This document shows positions 48,298-62,700 of a stretch of 64,000 nucleotides of DNA, piece after piece. Source of the stretch: Fimbriosthenelais zetlandica (Eukaryota); NCBI GenBank assembly GCA_977030845.1, contig OZ365114.1, forward strand, positions 16,306,001 to 16,370,000, in the 5' to 3' direction. The position numbers and the translations under genes are program-made. How positions within the stretch are numbered: the stretch's first letter is position 1; each line of letters begins with the position of its first letter. The notes below the pieces were generated by a model. It worked only from the letters and a program-made list of their open reading frames with translations, was not told where the DNA came from and did no database searches.

Positions 48298-51200
48298 TTC
48301 AACAAGCTTGAACCTTACACTTCAATGTCCGCCCTGCCCGTCCTCTTTGATATAATGTAGAATTTGTCGCCCACTATTCCCACAAACCTTACCCCTTCTT
48401 TAGGACAAGGTGCTCAATACAATATTATTCACCCGGTAATAGAAGAAAAAAGCGAGAAGAAAGCGAGAGGACGATAGAGGGGTGCCAAAAGAAGGTCTCT
48501 TGTTCAGCAATAAGTCATGCGGGGAAAAAATACCACCACATAGTGTAGGCAATTAGGTGTGATCATATATCAAGCTATATCACAAGCCTTCAACACAAAG
48601 GCCCAACATTGTAAGCATGGGAGCTGCATTCATCAGCACATCATCCATCTATGACAGTCTACATCTAGCCTCTTGCCTCCGATTCTTGGCTCTCCTTTTC
48701 TGACGGCAAACCTTCACTGGCGATCTGGTGCCACGTTTCAAAGATGGATTCGTTTAGGATCGTTTTGGCAACGAGGAGGGCTTCCTATTGATATGGGCTG
48801 CGCTCACACATACATGTGTGTGTGGGGTCGGGGGTGGGGGGTGGGGTCTGGGTATTACCTGAGGCAGGAGAAGTTCTCTCTATGGCCAAGCTTTACCACA
48901 CGGCTGCACAAACACCATCAACCATAAATATCAACACGCCCACAAAACGCGTCCTTTCATAGTCAGCGGAGCGAAGGTCTTATACATAATGACAACAAGG
49001 CAATCTAGTCCCAGCACGTGCCCCAGTTCAAGGGTTCGAGGCATTTAAAAAATAAAAAAGAAGAGAGGGAAGAAAAGGGCTGAAGGAAAAAAATGGCCCT
49101 TGGGTAATGTATTTTGCTATCTTATATTACATGCCCGTGACAGCCTCCCAAGCCCTCTGTACACAGAGATTTATGGCGTGATGCGATCAGAATGAAGTCT
49201 ACACATCACGAGGACAGAATTTTTGACTGCCTCAATAAAATACTCCGTATCTTTGATACATAACACGGCTTTCACTGGGATAATGTAGTGCTCTTGAGAT
49301 ACATGCAAAAACAGAGATTCATAAAGGCACTGAAACCAAATCTTGTATGATGTATCTATCTATGTGTGTATGTGTATGGATTTCTGTAGGCACATTTCAG
49401 ATGATAACATTCTAAAAGCACTCTCTCACTGTAAGTATTTGGAAAGTGGGAAATATTTAACCATGGTTGGCATATATTTTCATATGTGGTTTATGGATAA
49501 GAGAAGATGGCAACAGTTTCTGAAGGCAAAAAGCATAAAAATAATCCATTAGCTAGTTTATACAAGTAAGTAAAAGGAGCCTTTTGCAACTTTGCTGCAG
49601 AGGAGCCGTCACCTAAGTCCCATTTCATACTACTCAGAGGGGCAGGGCCATAGACAACGTCCCATTTTACTGCACTGCTTAGTGTCCCTCGGGCATCATT
49701 GCCTATCTCTGCATGTGCCTTTCAGAGACTTAAGCACCATGGCTTCTTTATAAGCCTCCTACATAATATTTTTCGAAACAAGCCATTTTAGCATAGGATT
49801 ATCTGCAATATCCCGTGAAATTAGCATAAATATTCATTGTAGCTAAAGGCATATGGCTTTAAGTGGTTAATGTGCATAAGCCGTTTTCGAACGTTTTCAG
49901 TTTTTCATGTGAATTGTGTATATATGGATGATGATTCGTAAACGAGATAAGATTGCATTGCTTCGGGGAGAGGGAGTCGGTTTGTGCAAAAACCGCAAGG
50001 AATAAGTATATTCACTTATTATGCTCTCTCATAGTAATATTCACATGTAACAAGGTTCTATCGCCATCACCGAACTTGGAAAAGAAAAGTATGCAGTCAA
50101 GGTGTTTATCTGCTATGGAATACATAAGCTGCTGGCTTCACCTTTGACAATACACATTGGTCGTAAAAGACGACGTGAAGAATAGATTTACAGGTACTAT
50201 GATAGCCAGGGGAAAATAATGGACAATTGACCGACTCCCATAAGTAGCACTTTAACTCCCAGTAGGCTGATTCATGATAATGTCCACTGGTGAGGTGTCA
50301 CTTGCCTTTCACTTCTCTCCACATGATTTATTTGCAACCTCATTAAGAGAGATTTTCTTTATTCCTGAATCAGGTTGCGGAACCAACACCCTAAGGAATC
50401 GCTGACAAGCTATTTCTCCTCGCCCTCCACATTTTACCTCTCGTCAGCACCATCACAAGCTGAAGGTGATTCACTTCAGTGCAATTAACAGGGTTTTCTC
50501 AATTGGAATCGATTTTCACTTGGTTTCTGTATAAAGGTACAGTTGGCAAGTACATTAGGTCTAACGAGAGACTGCTCAAGGGTTTGAATACCAGGACTGA
50601 TTTCAGTTAGTACGTACTGCATACAATGAGTTCAGTCTTCCATTGATGATATGAAAGCTTTATTCAATATCTTTTTCTGAGCGAGGAGTTATAGGGTATC
50701 CCTCGGGTAACATTTATGTGCTTTAAGAATATATCACATGCTTTGATAATAAATGAAGGTTAAGACGGTGCTAAATACCTTCATGAATGAAGCCGGGTGT
50801 GAAAGGATATAAATGTGGTGGATTGGCATGGGGAATGAACAATAAACAATCATTATAAGCTTGTGTGTGTCGCCTGTGATATAAGGTAATCACTAGCTTT
50901 AGCGCACTGAGGATATGCTCACTGAGCAATAGAGGAGTAGCTCAAGGCAAGGGATGCCTTGTCAAGTTGAGATGTCCACCTTTCAGCAAAGCTGGAAGCA
51001 GCAAGGAGCAGTGCAGTTTATACCTGGATAAAAATCGATCATCTCAATCCATCTAGATTTATTCAAACGTGCTAATTCCTTCCATTTGATTGGCTGCCTC
51101 AAAGTGCCAGGCTGCCGACAGGTCCTTAACTTAGGTAGGAGTTATGTGAAGGAGGGCGGACCCGCATGGATCACTCTCATTCGCTCTTGAAAGAAGGAGA

Positions 51201-54200
51201 AGAAGCAGGAACAAGCACTGCCCCAACCCGGGCAGGCTTCTTGTCTATTGACCCTTCACAAACACTAAACAGCAGCTCTGAAGGGCTATAAGCCTATAGG
51301 CTGGCAGAGTCAAGATGGGTAGAAATACAAGCAGAGCGTTGAAAAGCCCGGGCAAAGTCCGAGCGAGCCTCCATCTGTAAAGTTTAGAGCAAGCAGCTTG
51401 CGGACGACTCGATCGAATTAGGAAAGCAACACCAAAACCCAGATTTCTCAGGAGGAAAGGCCTTCTGCTTTCCTCAGAGGCACAGATTCCTGTACTTGTA
51501 GACAGAAGCTTTCTTCAAACAATGTTAATTTAAATCAAGAGTCTTCTTCAAGACAATCCATATCTATAGACCTTTATAAGCCAGGACTTCATCACTGCTA
51601 ACTGACTTATTCTGCTTATTTTATCAATACAAATCCAATCAACACTGTCAGCCTGCAAGGAATCCTTGCCAGGTCCGTGATTGTCTAACTCTGCCATCAG
51701 AGACCGCTATGGCTGATTGAATTGGCTAGATTGCCCACACACGGTGTGGTTAAACTCATTGTGAAGCCTTATACATCCAGGCTATTGAGGCTGAACCGGA
51801 GGCCACATCTTCATGCTTCACTGGTAGTTGAAAAGCAATTATTTCCGGACGAGCCAGAAATAACACTGCTCCTCGGTGGTTCAGGAGTGAATCCCGACTA
51901 ATTAGTGTGAAAAGGAAAACAAAATGTCTGTTCTGGCCTGGGAAGGCTGATCAATAACCTGATCTAGCAATGGGTAAGAACACCTCGGGAGTTGATTATT
52001 CGCTGTATCAGCAGCAAAATTTCCTAAACCACTGCACTGCCATTGGGGCAGTGATAACTCGTTGTAAATTGGGCAGAGCTGGGAGGGAAGAACGGCCTTC
52101 GTTAGAGCACTGAACACTGGTTTCGAAATCTGGAGCCAGTACCGGCTTATTGAGTTTCCACCAGTGAATAATGCCTGAATCTAATTTGCATACGTCCTCA
52201 TTGACAGCTATACCAACCCCACAGGGTATACTGGGCTTTGATTTGAGAAGAGTCAGAATGGTGTTTCGAGTATTTGGAGTCTGCAAACGATTTAACTATC
52301 TTCCATAGAGCATATAACAGATGACTCTAAAACATGACAAAACTCATGTGATGAGCGTTTTGTTCCCTTCTTCATTAACGAATAGAACAAGAATTTGGCT
52401 TCAGATATGTACACCAATGCTCTTCCACTAACGATTGCCTTCTATGCAGCAACAACCTCTGGTTTCTTCTGAGCCTTAAATCCTCAAGAGGATCTTGTGG
52501 CAAAATGTTCAGCTAATGACCTGGTGGGCGAGTAAATAGCAATCAGAGAAATGGAACGGTCAGAAATAGCCAAGAGTAAAAATCGACTCAGCTTTGATCT
52601 ATGGCATGAAATTCCACCTCCAAGTGCCTGTAATAATCGATCACTATAACACTACCTTTCACAAAAGTGGCTTAAAAATCTTTACAGCCAGGAGGTTGGC
52701 TACTCTGGATGTTACAACAGGCAAGACCTCTTTCAGCTTTGTTTCACAGAACAGGGTTTCTCCATTTCTTCCACTGACAAAAACAATCCTGAAACAGATC
52801 CAGGGATAAGATATTGAATGATATTTAACTGGCTGAGCGGCTTGACATGACACTCCCTAATGCCACTTCAGAATGTAGCATTTAGCTCAGTAGAGTGAGC
52901 CAAATGCAAAGACATTCCCCTGCTTCATGCCCGAGCTTTGATGGGATTTTTCTAATGGGTTAAGCTGCTTGGCCAGTCTAGAAAGGAGATTAATCAATTG
53001 CTTTCAACGCAGGTGCAATCGGAGCAGTGTTCATTATACAGCATGCAGAGAGAGAGAGGGAGAGAGCTGTATATTTCTGTGCGGACCTTTAAATATGTAT
53101 TTCCTCGTGTATTATTAACAGAGTGAAATTTCTGAGGGGAGGAGCTCATACCAGATAAGGGCCTGAGGGAACCAAGAAAGATAAGCACCCCCTGGCTGCA
53201 GCTCCCCCGATGCTGCGCTGTTACGATAAGGCAGCAACTCTTCCTAAATTATCATCAAATTATTTCCCAGGAAAAACATAAACTTAAAAATGCCTGCTGC
53301 CATGGGAGGATAGTGGAAATACAAGATGATTTTATTTCGGGGTGAGGAGCTGGTATCAAAATATAGGAACATCAGACTGAACCCCCAGCCCTGCCCCCAG
53401 CAATCCAATCACTGTACTGTGAATCGATGTGCGTGCATGTATGCATATATCTCACTGTAGAGGACAGTCACCCAATCTAACTGGTCTGGTAAATCTTAAA
53501 GACATCCCAGCTCTTGTTGGCGTATACAATTTCAGCCTGAATGCGGGGCCTGAAGTTTCTACACGTGAAGACGCGGCACTGACAAATGTCCTCCCAGAGT
53601 TAGCCTTCTGCATATTGCATGAAATGCAGCTCCTCGCCAATGCAACCTTTTTTCTAACCTCGCCAACCTTTCAGCACCACACAATCTTCTCCTCTGCAGA
53701 CTTTAGAGAGCAAACAGAAATGAAGAGGCAAACAAGACCCGAGTCAACATCTAAAGTCAGATATAATGTGATTCATCGCTTGGACCTTTAGAATCAATTC
53801 AGCCTTTGAGGTTTCTATTGGTACAACTTACAGAACCATCCTTTGATATAATCGGTCTCCAATCTTGAAGTCGGACTATATAAATTTAAGTCACTGTTAG
53901 AATATCAGACTACAGACAGATCTTTATAAACTATAAAGAGACCTATGAATTTTAGTTCTGAAGTTGCCTGACAGTTCAGATTTCGTTTTCTAACTGCACG
54001 TGCAGCTGCAGTAAAAGCCAGGCTTGACCTTGCTTTACCTTCAAGGTGCACGGTCTTATTTTCATTGTCTGGTCCGGGTCCAACAGGCTTTGTTTTCCTG
54101 AAAAGGAAGAGGCCAGGCAGAAGTGAGATCAGAGTCGAGGCTGAGGGCGTACTGGCACAGAAGACATCAAGATAAAGTCTCTTTGGTCTTCTGGCAGGAA

Positions 54201-56762
54201 CAAGGGTGCTGGGAGAGGGTGAGCAGGGGTCTACAGGAATACTCTTCTCTAAATTATTAACCCCTGTCTCACTTAGAGGAAGCTGGATATTCCTTTCTGG
54301 CAGTCCTGTGAACAAGTACCAATCGGTCAAATACTGGTGTGATCTCACAACCCCAGAAGAAACCTCGTTTCTCTAGGGTATTTGTCCATTGCAGGAATAT
54401 TTCAGAATGGTAGCTTACTAATGGTAGTAAATTTAGTTAATAGCAATGTTCAATGCATCTTCCAAAATAGAAACTGATATATATACAAATATAGATATGC
54501 CACTGCTACAGGTGTATGAAATCCAGGATCATGTGGCAGCTAAATTGGTTGCATTATAATGTAAATAGCATCAGCAATGCTGCCTTGGATGCTGGATGAC
54601 TCCATTGTACGTCCCCAGGAATTGCAAGACCATTCTCCGGGCACATGTCTCTGACCAAGCTGGCTTATTCCTGGTCAGATCTCTAGATTAGCCAATTAAC
54701 CCTTGGTGCATTTAGGGCTAAGACCATTTGGACAGAAGCCTTTGATGGCCCACTCACAGATCCAGGGGCTGAGAGGTTAGGGATGAACCATTCTTTATTG
54801 GGACAAACCTGAATATGCCTGCCTGCCTGTCATCTTGCTCCAACCATTTGTGTGAATTACATACAGGATAGATAAGAGGCAGAGGGGTTGTTTGCATAAT
54901 CTAGGCTGATCTGCCATGTGTGAAAAGGGTTTACATCTGACAGTCCATATAAACAATACGCAAGTGCAATCCGCTATTACTGCCTTAGTGTTTCAAAAAT
55001 TCCTGAAGGCATATTAAGAAGAATATTTGCAAAGGAGAGTAGGGAACAAAGAGCCTTATTTACAGTGTAATCTCCATCTAAATAAGCGTTAAAACAATAA
55101 TTCTTTTCAGGAGGGAGACCAGTGCTGATGAATGATAAGCTCCAAACAACATCAGCACATTGGTCACGAGTCCGTTTCCTTGTATGCAACACCACAACTC
55201 ATGACCTTTTCAGCACTGGTGCGAACCTAAAAATAAAGCCATTTTTAATCAATAAGACTTGCCTAGTGATACCAAAAAGGCCAAAGCACTGCATGCAGAA
55301 CTCATTCCGCCCCCTTCCCTCTCAGGGCCTGATATCACAATACATACCATGGGCTGAAAGAAAGGGAAGAAAAGGCTAATCTATATTGAAAGCTTTTTTA
55401 TAATGTCCTTGGCCTTGCAGAATGAGTTTATCATAAGGCTTGAACATTACGTACGTGAGTCCATGCAGGGTAAGTGAGGCAGACAAGAAGACAAATGTGC
55501 AGGTCTAGTGTTTCTCTCTGGGCCCTCAACACTTTTTTGCAGTCCACTCAGGCTCCCTGTATGTGTACGTACATCAATTATTCAAGCCTTCTAAGCACTC
55601 ATTAAAAAGCGCTTGTGGACACCTGCCTTGTTGTCTTTGGGCCATAAATCCCACAAGGGAGGCGGGTGGGAATGAGGAAAATCAGGTTATTCTCTAAGAG
55701 GGATGGATCAAGGGACACCCATGTTCTGATATTACCAAATCATCCTCGTGCGACATGGTCTGTAAGGCGTGTCATGGTTATTTTATACATTTATTCATCA
55801 ACCTGGAGGTGTACTGAGGAAATGTAGCCTAATCAATGTCAGATGCAAAGATCTTACGTGAAGGAAGTCGTGAAAAAACAGGCGTATCAAATAAATGTCA
55901 TGAAGGTAATGAAAGGGCATTAATATCTGGTGAAGGAACAGTAGAGAAATTTCGTAACCATTCTTCATTTCAAAAAAGTATCTCAGTTTGATGTAAATGA
56001 TGGTTACTATTTTGCCCTTGGATTTAATTTCAAATCTGAATTAGCGAAAATTCCAGTTACAAAGATTTCAAAGAGCAAGATAGATTCAGGACGTTATCTT
56101 AAAAGTTAATGTATTTGTGCCTCAATGTTGGCAAGGCATAAATCACATGGAAATAGTTCCAGTAACAAACTAACAGAACTCTTTTCATAACTTCATGTTG
56201 TCAACGACACCTTCGTGTGTGTTCAATCAAAACTAAAGAAGTGAGAAGAGTGTGAGAGGAAGTGTGAATGAGAGAGAGGAAAGGTGGAAGAACAAGCAGC
56301 ATTCATTGTTTGTCACTGTTGGAATCTGGGATTCCAGAGACAATAGCATAGCTGATGAAGTGCTCGTTGAAATTGAAATATTGGGTCTGCTTCTTCTAGT
56401 TGAATTTTGAAGAGACAATTGAACATTGGCAGACTGGCAATTCAGCAGAGAACTTTCTCTTCAGAAAAATGAGAGCATCTAACATTTCGTCAAGAGTAAC
56501 ATCATCTTCGAATAGAAGGATACATAACACCTCCAGTCTGGACTGTCTTTTGCATGGAAAAAGGGATTTCCACAAGGAATTATTCAAAGCTTAAAACCAT
56601 AGGGAAATATCGCAGTTTCAGATGTAAATCCAAGACCTATTTTCCGGCCTCGTGAGAGTAGGAGGGAAAAATCCTCTTCATTCAACAGTTAAACATGCCA
56701 TCTTCTAATTTGATGAAACAAGGGGCTTTCTCCCTGATTCAATCTTCCCGGGTATTCTTCAA

Positions 56763-56781
56763 CTCTCTCTCTCTCTCTCTC
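56763..56781. repeat. (CT)n microsatellite
   Basis: Pure CT run seen directly. Confidence 0.9.
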
Positions 56782-59700
56782 CCTCTGCATTAAAATATCC
56801 AGGAAGGGATGAAAGAGTGGGAAGAGGTATAAAGAGAAAGAATAGAGAAGCTGTGAGATCATTATATTAATGAGAACAAGAAATGGCTCTTTCTGGAGAT
56901 GCGTACAGCAGGCGAGATCAATGGAAAATCATTTGAAATAAATGTGCCCACTCCAGTGTGAGGCCATTTCTGCATGGAGTGCTTTCTGTGTGAGACGGTT
57001 ATACGCCACAGCTGTCACTAAAGGAGCACAAGATGTTCAAAGGCTGCCTGAAACAAGACTCCTAGACACACACATTCACTCTTCCACTAACACACAGGCA
57101 GACACATACAAGATAACACCCTGCTTCTTCACTGCACATGCCCCCCTGTTCTTCCTTCCAGACGCACTTCTCCCACCCATTTCCAACCCCTGAAATCTTT
57201 CTCCCTTGCTTAAAATTCTTCCTCTCTTGTGCCACTCCTGAAGTTCTCATTCTTTTCAAAATAAAATGATCCCTCTTTGTTTACATGAACACCATGAAAG
57301 CCTTCTGTTTTTCCTGTCTTCTTTAAGGCAGTGCCTGGGAAACACCAATGCTATGCATGGTTGAGTACCTCTTTGCCATTCCATTGTCAGTAGAATGTCC
57401 TACTACAGGATTGGACAAGGTATTGGTACTACATCTCTATATCATAGTCAAAAAGTGCCTATAAGGACAAAAAGCAATGTTCTCTCCCATGAGGACATAA
57501 AAAGTGGTAACACATCTACACTCCTCTTCAAACAGATGAAAGGCTGGAAGGAATAGAACTATGATTGTCTCGATAGTGATTCAGGTTCCATTATGTCCCC
57601 TCCACTCATTTGAGAGGTGGGCTAGTGGGCGCAGCTCGTAAGCGCTTACTCATATACATCAAATATATAACACCTTCTCTCCTTCCTTTCCACTGCAGGC
57701 GATCGTTGATCGCAAGTGCTTGCAGGTCTCGAGTGAGCTAGTGAAGGATCCCCAAGGCCTATATAAAGGCAACTCCCATCTCCTCTGACACCATTGGAGG
57801 TGGTATGTACGCATGGAGACGATCCAGTCGTGTGTAGAAAGGCGATTGGATCGCATTGATCAAGGCACCAGATGAAAAACAAATTCAAGGACAGTGAGGA
57901 AATCTCTAACTATACAAGGGCACTATTTGAATGGTGCAATTAGTATACCTAAACATTTTTCAGCGCCTTTAACAACCAGCATGTCTACCACTGCTCTAAG
58001 GGAACTATTTGCTTTCGTGTCCACTGAAGTGGCCACACACTCTGAACAGAAAGGGTCGGTCTGCCTCTTCCCCCAGATCCAATCAAGGCCTATAGTTAGA
58101 GCACAAAGCTGCCACGCAAACCTAAACAGCTGGAAAAAGGGCGTGCCTCAGACCCTTCCTCCCTATCTTCCTCTTCTACCACCCCATAAGACCAAACTAG
58201 TACATATGGTCCACAACATTCAGTCACTGTATATTCCACATAACACACTCTCACATATTATATGGATGGCCTCATAGTTCCAGAATGCAGAAAGAATCAC
58301 GCGCGTTGCACATATATATCATATGGATTGTTATTTGGAATCAGTTAAGTTGTGAATCTGAATATTGTCATATTTGAAGATGACACATTGACAGTGTATG
58401 AACTGTAGCTCACAAAAATGGTGCTGTTATTGGAGTGCTGTTGTTTGGCCAGTCAGTTTCAATAAGATGTTTTTTTCTCAGGCCAGACTGGCCAAGTCTC
58501 CAAGCTCAGCATTATTTACCCCATGGTATTTATGTGGCAGAATGTCAAAGCTGTCAACTATTTCCCTGCACCAGGTTTTCCTGCTGATTCCTTTACTGAA
58601 GGCGCTCACCATTCGTACCATCTTTCAGTTCATTTGTTTATCAAATTCGAAAGAAATTTTGACAAGATACCCACTGGCAACCTGGATGATGAAAATTTCA
58701 CCAACTAAAGAAAAGTTGATAAAAAGAAAGCCAGTAGGTATAAAACAGTTTCATGCCTTTTAGGAGGCAGTGTGCGTGTAGAAATGTTTCATTGCTTTTT
58801 GGACCAAATGGAAACAATTCCAGTAAAAAGTTCATGAAATTTTACTTTTGCTCCAAAGCTCTTGAAACACAAGGACCTCTCACCCTGACAACTTAAAAGT
58901 GCTTTTAAAAGATCTTGGTGTCACTTTTAAGTCGAAGTTGTATTTGGAACTGGGTATTTCAAGTGAACACTTAAAACCCCATTCAACTTGGACAATTCAT
59001 ATTATTTTTTTTCGAAATGTCACTCTTCCTTTCGATTACTTTGTACATCCCTATTGTTATAATATATGACATTTCCGGTCATTCTTCTGAAATCAGGGGA
59101 AAGAAATTACTTCGATTGCTTTTGGACACAATATGTATCCAATGCAGTTGATTTGGCCATGCATGAGAAATTGGCATTTTCAGCAGAAATCACAGTGTGT
59201 TAGGGACAAGTTACTTTCGAAGGTTGAAAAGCAATTGTCTGTCTCTTATCAATATCTATCAATTAGAATGGGAGGCTGGAGTGCATTGGTATGGATGGAA
59301 AAAGTGGGTGTGGAGCGAGGGAGTCTGCACATCCCATTGGATTGGACTTGGATATCTGATGGGCGGGGAATATTTGATTAACATCTCCCAAGCCTGAGCA
59401 AATCAGCATGGATTAACAACTTCACACCGCACCGCGCAGCCTGAAAACAAATCAAGCCTGACGAAAAGCTGAATGGAGATTTTTTTCTTCTTTTGAAAAT
59501 AGAAATACCACTTTGCACTAAAGGTATAAATCCTAAAAAGTAAAAGTACTTCTGCACCAAGGCAGTGGAGTGTTTTTTTCCAGTTTCAAAACTGGCAAAA
59601 ATGAGAAGGAAAATTTATTGCCATGGCTTTCAATCTCATTTTGACGATGATTAAGGGGGTCTGACACTGGTCTATTGATTTGTTCATGTCTTTTCGGAGT

Positions 59701-62700
59701 TGCGTGTTTGCGATGATTGGAATCCCCTGATTAGGTTGAAAGGGAATGGATTTGGGTTGTTTGAACACATGTTCTTGCCCAGGAGATGGGGCTATTTAAC
59801 TCTCACATGATTTCTATATTTTCCTCAACTGAGGCGAGGGTCAGAAAATAAGCGATAAATCAATGATCATCTTACTTTTTCAACCCTCCTTACAGACAAA
59901 TATCAGCCCTTTCATCATTATGATGGGAAGAATAAAAAGAGGGAAACCAATTTGTAGTCTTCCTCTGAGAGCAGACAAAATCCTTTATAATTATCAATGG
60001 GCTATCATCCCCAGGTAATTTAATATGCATGAAAGAAATCCTATTACCCTTCTCACGAGTAAAGGTCAGCCCTAGGATTAATTCAGTATGGACATTGTAC
60101 AACAGATTATTACCTAACGGATTAATGGCGAAATATCTGATGTATAAATCTTTTTTTATTTAAATGTGGCTAGGATAATGGAAAATAAAAGTGTTGAAAT
60201 CGATGCACTGATCTGTAAACAAGCATTAGCCACTGGTTCCTACACATCTCTTTAATAATACTTGAAAATTTCCAAATGCAAGCGCTGTTCTGCTTCAAAA
60301 GCCGTGTGAATCTACAGGAGACTAGCATTGCAAATGGCTCCCTTAATGGATGCATTCTTATGCATTGTGAACTGGTGTGTCATTTTCATAGAGATAACTG
60401 GGAACACTTAAAGCTCATTTGGCATTCAGCAGGGAACTCTCTAACCATTCAGCTGCAGGTTGGCAAAATATTTTTCTCTGAACGGAGCTAGCGTGCTTCT
60501 GAAACCAAACGAGGTGAAAGTCTGAAAGGATTCATTTTACTTGGCCGCCTGTAGCGTTGGTCTCAGATGATAATGATAATATTCTTCCATATACATATAC
60601 ATGCAGACTTGTGCATAATTTACACATTTGGAAAACTGTGCCAAGTTTGTTTCTTGCATATTTATGAAGGATTATCCCGAGAAATCTTTTAGACCAAAAT
60701 AAACTGGTCGATATTCATCACAGAACGGCACTATATAAATCGTGAAAATATAGTTTTTAGAAAGGAAATATAGATGATGTCAAGAGTGTGCCTTGCAGCT
60801 ATTGATCCTTTGACACAATCTCTGACATTGGCATGGGCGGAAGACGAGGAGCTCATATAATTTTGATTCATCTCTCGCTTCTAGGAAAAACAAATTCCTC
60901 CCTCTTTCCTTATCGGCGGCACCATCGGAGCACATTTGCGAGGCAGATGATTCACTGGACGTTCTGGCAACTTGATAAATCTAAGGCTATTCGTCTTTAA
61001 GAGGGCGGTGGAGGATGCGGAGGGTGCAGAGGGATTCTTATATATACGATCAGAAAAATGGGATGAAAAATGTCCCAGCAATCATGGGTTGTCAAGGCAA
61101 CCATCAGGCAGCAAAGGTCAGAGGGCAAGGGTGACCTTCAGGGTACAATGGTTCTGGCTTGGCAGTGACCAGGTTATAGGGCAAAACCTTAGGGAGGAGC
61201 ATGTTTTCCTTTATAAAGGAGCTTCAGATCATGCCTCCATAAATAGCACTAAGCTCTCAACAACAGAGCTATAACAAGTTAAGGCCAAACACAACAGCCC
61301 AGTGACATTTTTTTCTTTCGAACATCTTTCGACTCAATGATTCCCTCAAGACAAACTAAAGCAAGGGCAGAATCTATTATTTTTTCTGAAGAGATATCGA
61401 CGAGACCTTGATGTAAAGGTTGCAAAGATCTGGATGATAGGAAACATCCTCAGCTTTGTAAATATTCCAGAGCTGAACATTGACAAAATAACAACTTTCT
61501 TTACTGTGGCACTAAATTAATTGTCTAAAGTAAAGGAAGACACAGCCTATATCTTAAAACATACTGTCTAGACTGTTAATAGAACATAATGCGTTCCCTT
61601 TCCTGCCTTCTAAGCGAGAACAACGTCCACAGATTTTTCACTGCCACTCTGAAGACGTGATCAATCGGCATGGCATTTACCAGCTCTGAGGCATTGGTAA
61701 TCAGAAATGACCAGAGTACTGTGTATGAGTGAGTAAATGTGTTTGAAGATCCTTTTGTTATTTTTCATCAAAGGCTAGCGAGTAGACAAGTTCCTGTCCC
61801 CAGTACAGATCATAATATTATCTAAAATGGGCCTTTGTAAGGTCAATGTTTCAAAGCAAGTGCTTTTACATTAATTTATATGCATGCTGATTTTGAATGA
61901 CCAAACTAGGCTAAAGTCATTCTAGTGCAATTGGGGATACATGACGATTTGAAGATCTATACAGTTTTTATATTAGGTCTGTTGTTTTTTGTACATAAGG
62001 CCCCGTTGTTGGAGGCCTGTATCGAGTACCATATTTTAAACAAACCTAAAGTTTTCAATTCTGATTTCTGCTTTTTGCTATGCGAAATAGATGCACTAAT
62101 GACTCGAGCAAGTCAAGGGACCAAGAGGGCAGCATCCGGTGAATACTTATTGGGTCACGTCTTGGAAGAGGGAAGTCCGAGACAAAGGGCAACAATCTGA
62201 TAAGAGGTGAGGGAGCCAGAGCATTGTGTTCAATGTTCCCCGCTCCATCCTTAAGTCTGGTACTATAGAATGATTTAGGGAGTCAAACAACCACTCCATC
62301 CATTCATTTATGTTTTACGGAACTTCCCCCTTTCCTTTCTTCATTCCTACCCATTGTTCATTTTCTTCTTATTTGTCTTTTTCAAAACTCCTTCCAAGGA
62401 ATGGGAAAATCTCAGTTATACAGAGGACCCTTTCAATCAATATCCGCTGACATTCCGGAAATGGAAATTCTGCAAGATTATATTCCTATATTCCTAAACT
62501 ATGAAAATTACAGCTAGAAAATATATGTGGAACTTTCTTCCATATCTGTGGGTATGCTGGGATAAATGCCTGCCTGATTTCATTAAACTGGCCTCATTCC
62601 ACATAAATCGATTCTGGCTTGTCTCAGAAATAGATTGGCCAATTTCTTCAACTTTTTTTCTTCAAGGCCATCATATTATATTCCAAGGCCCAGGCTAGTA

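Noticed and set aside
54697-54721. piggyBac-like TTAA-CCCT...AGGG-CTAA mini element
   Set aside because: Only about 25 bp with an imperfect right TSD; compatible with chance.
56854-56863. bantam-like tgagatcatt
   Set aside because: Only 10 nt match and no precursor hairpin.
57618-57650. tRNA/SINE-like 5' end (gggctagtgggcgcagctcgtaagcg)
   Set aside because: No B-box or stems downstream.
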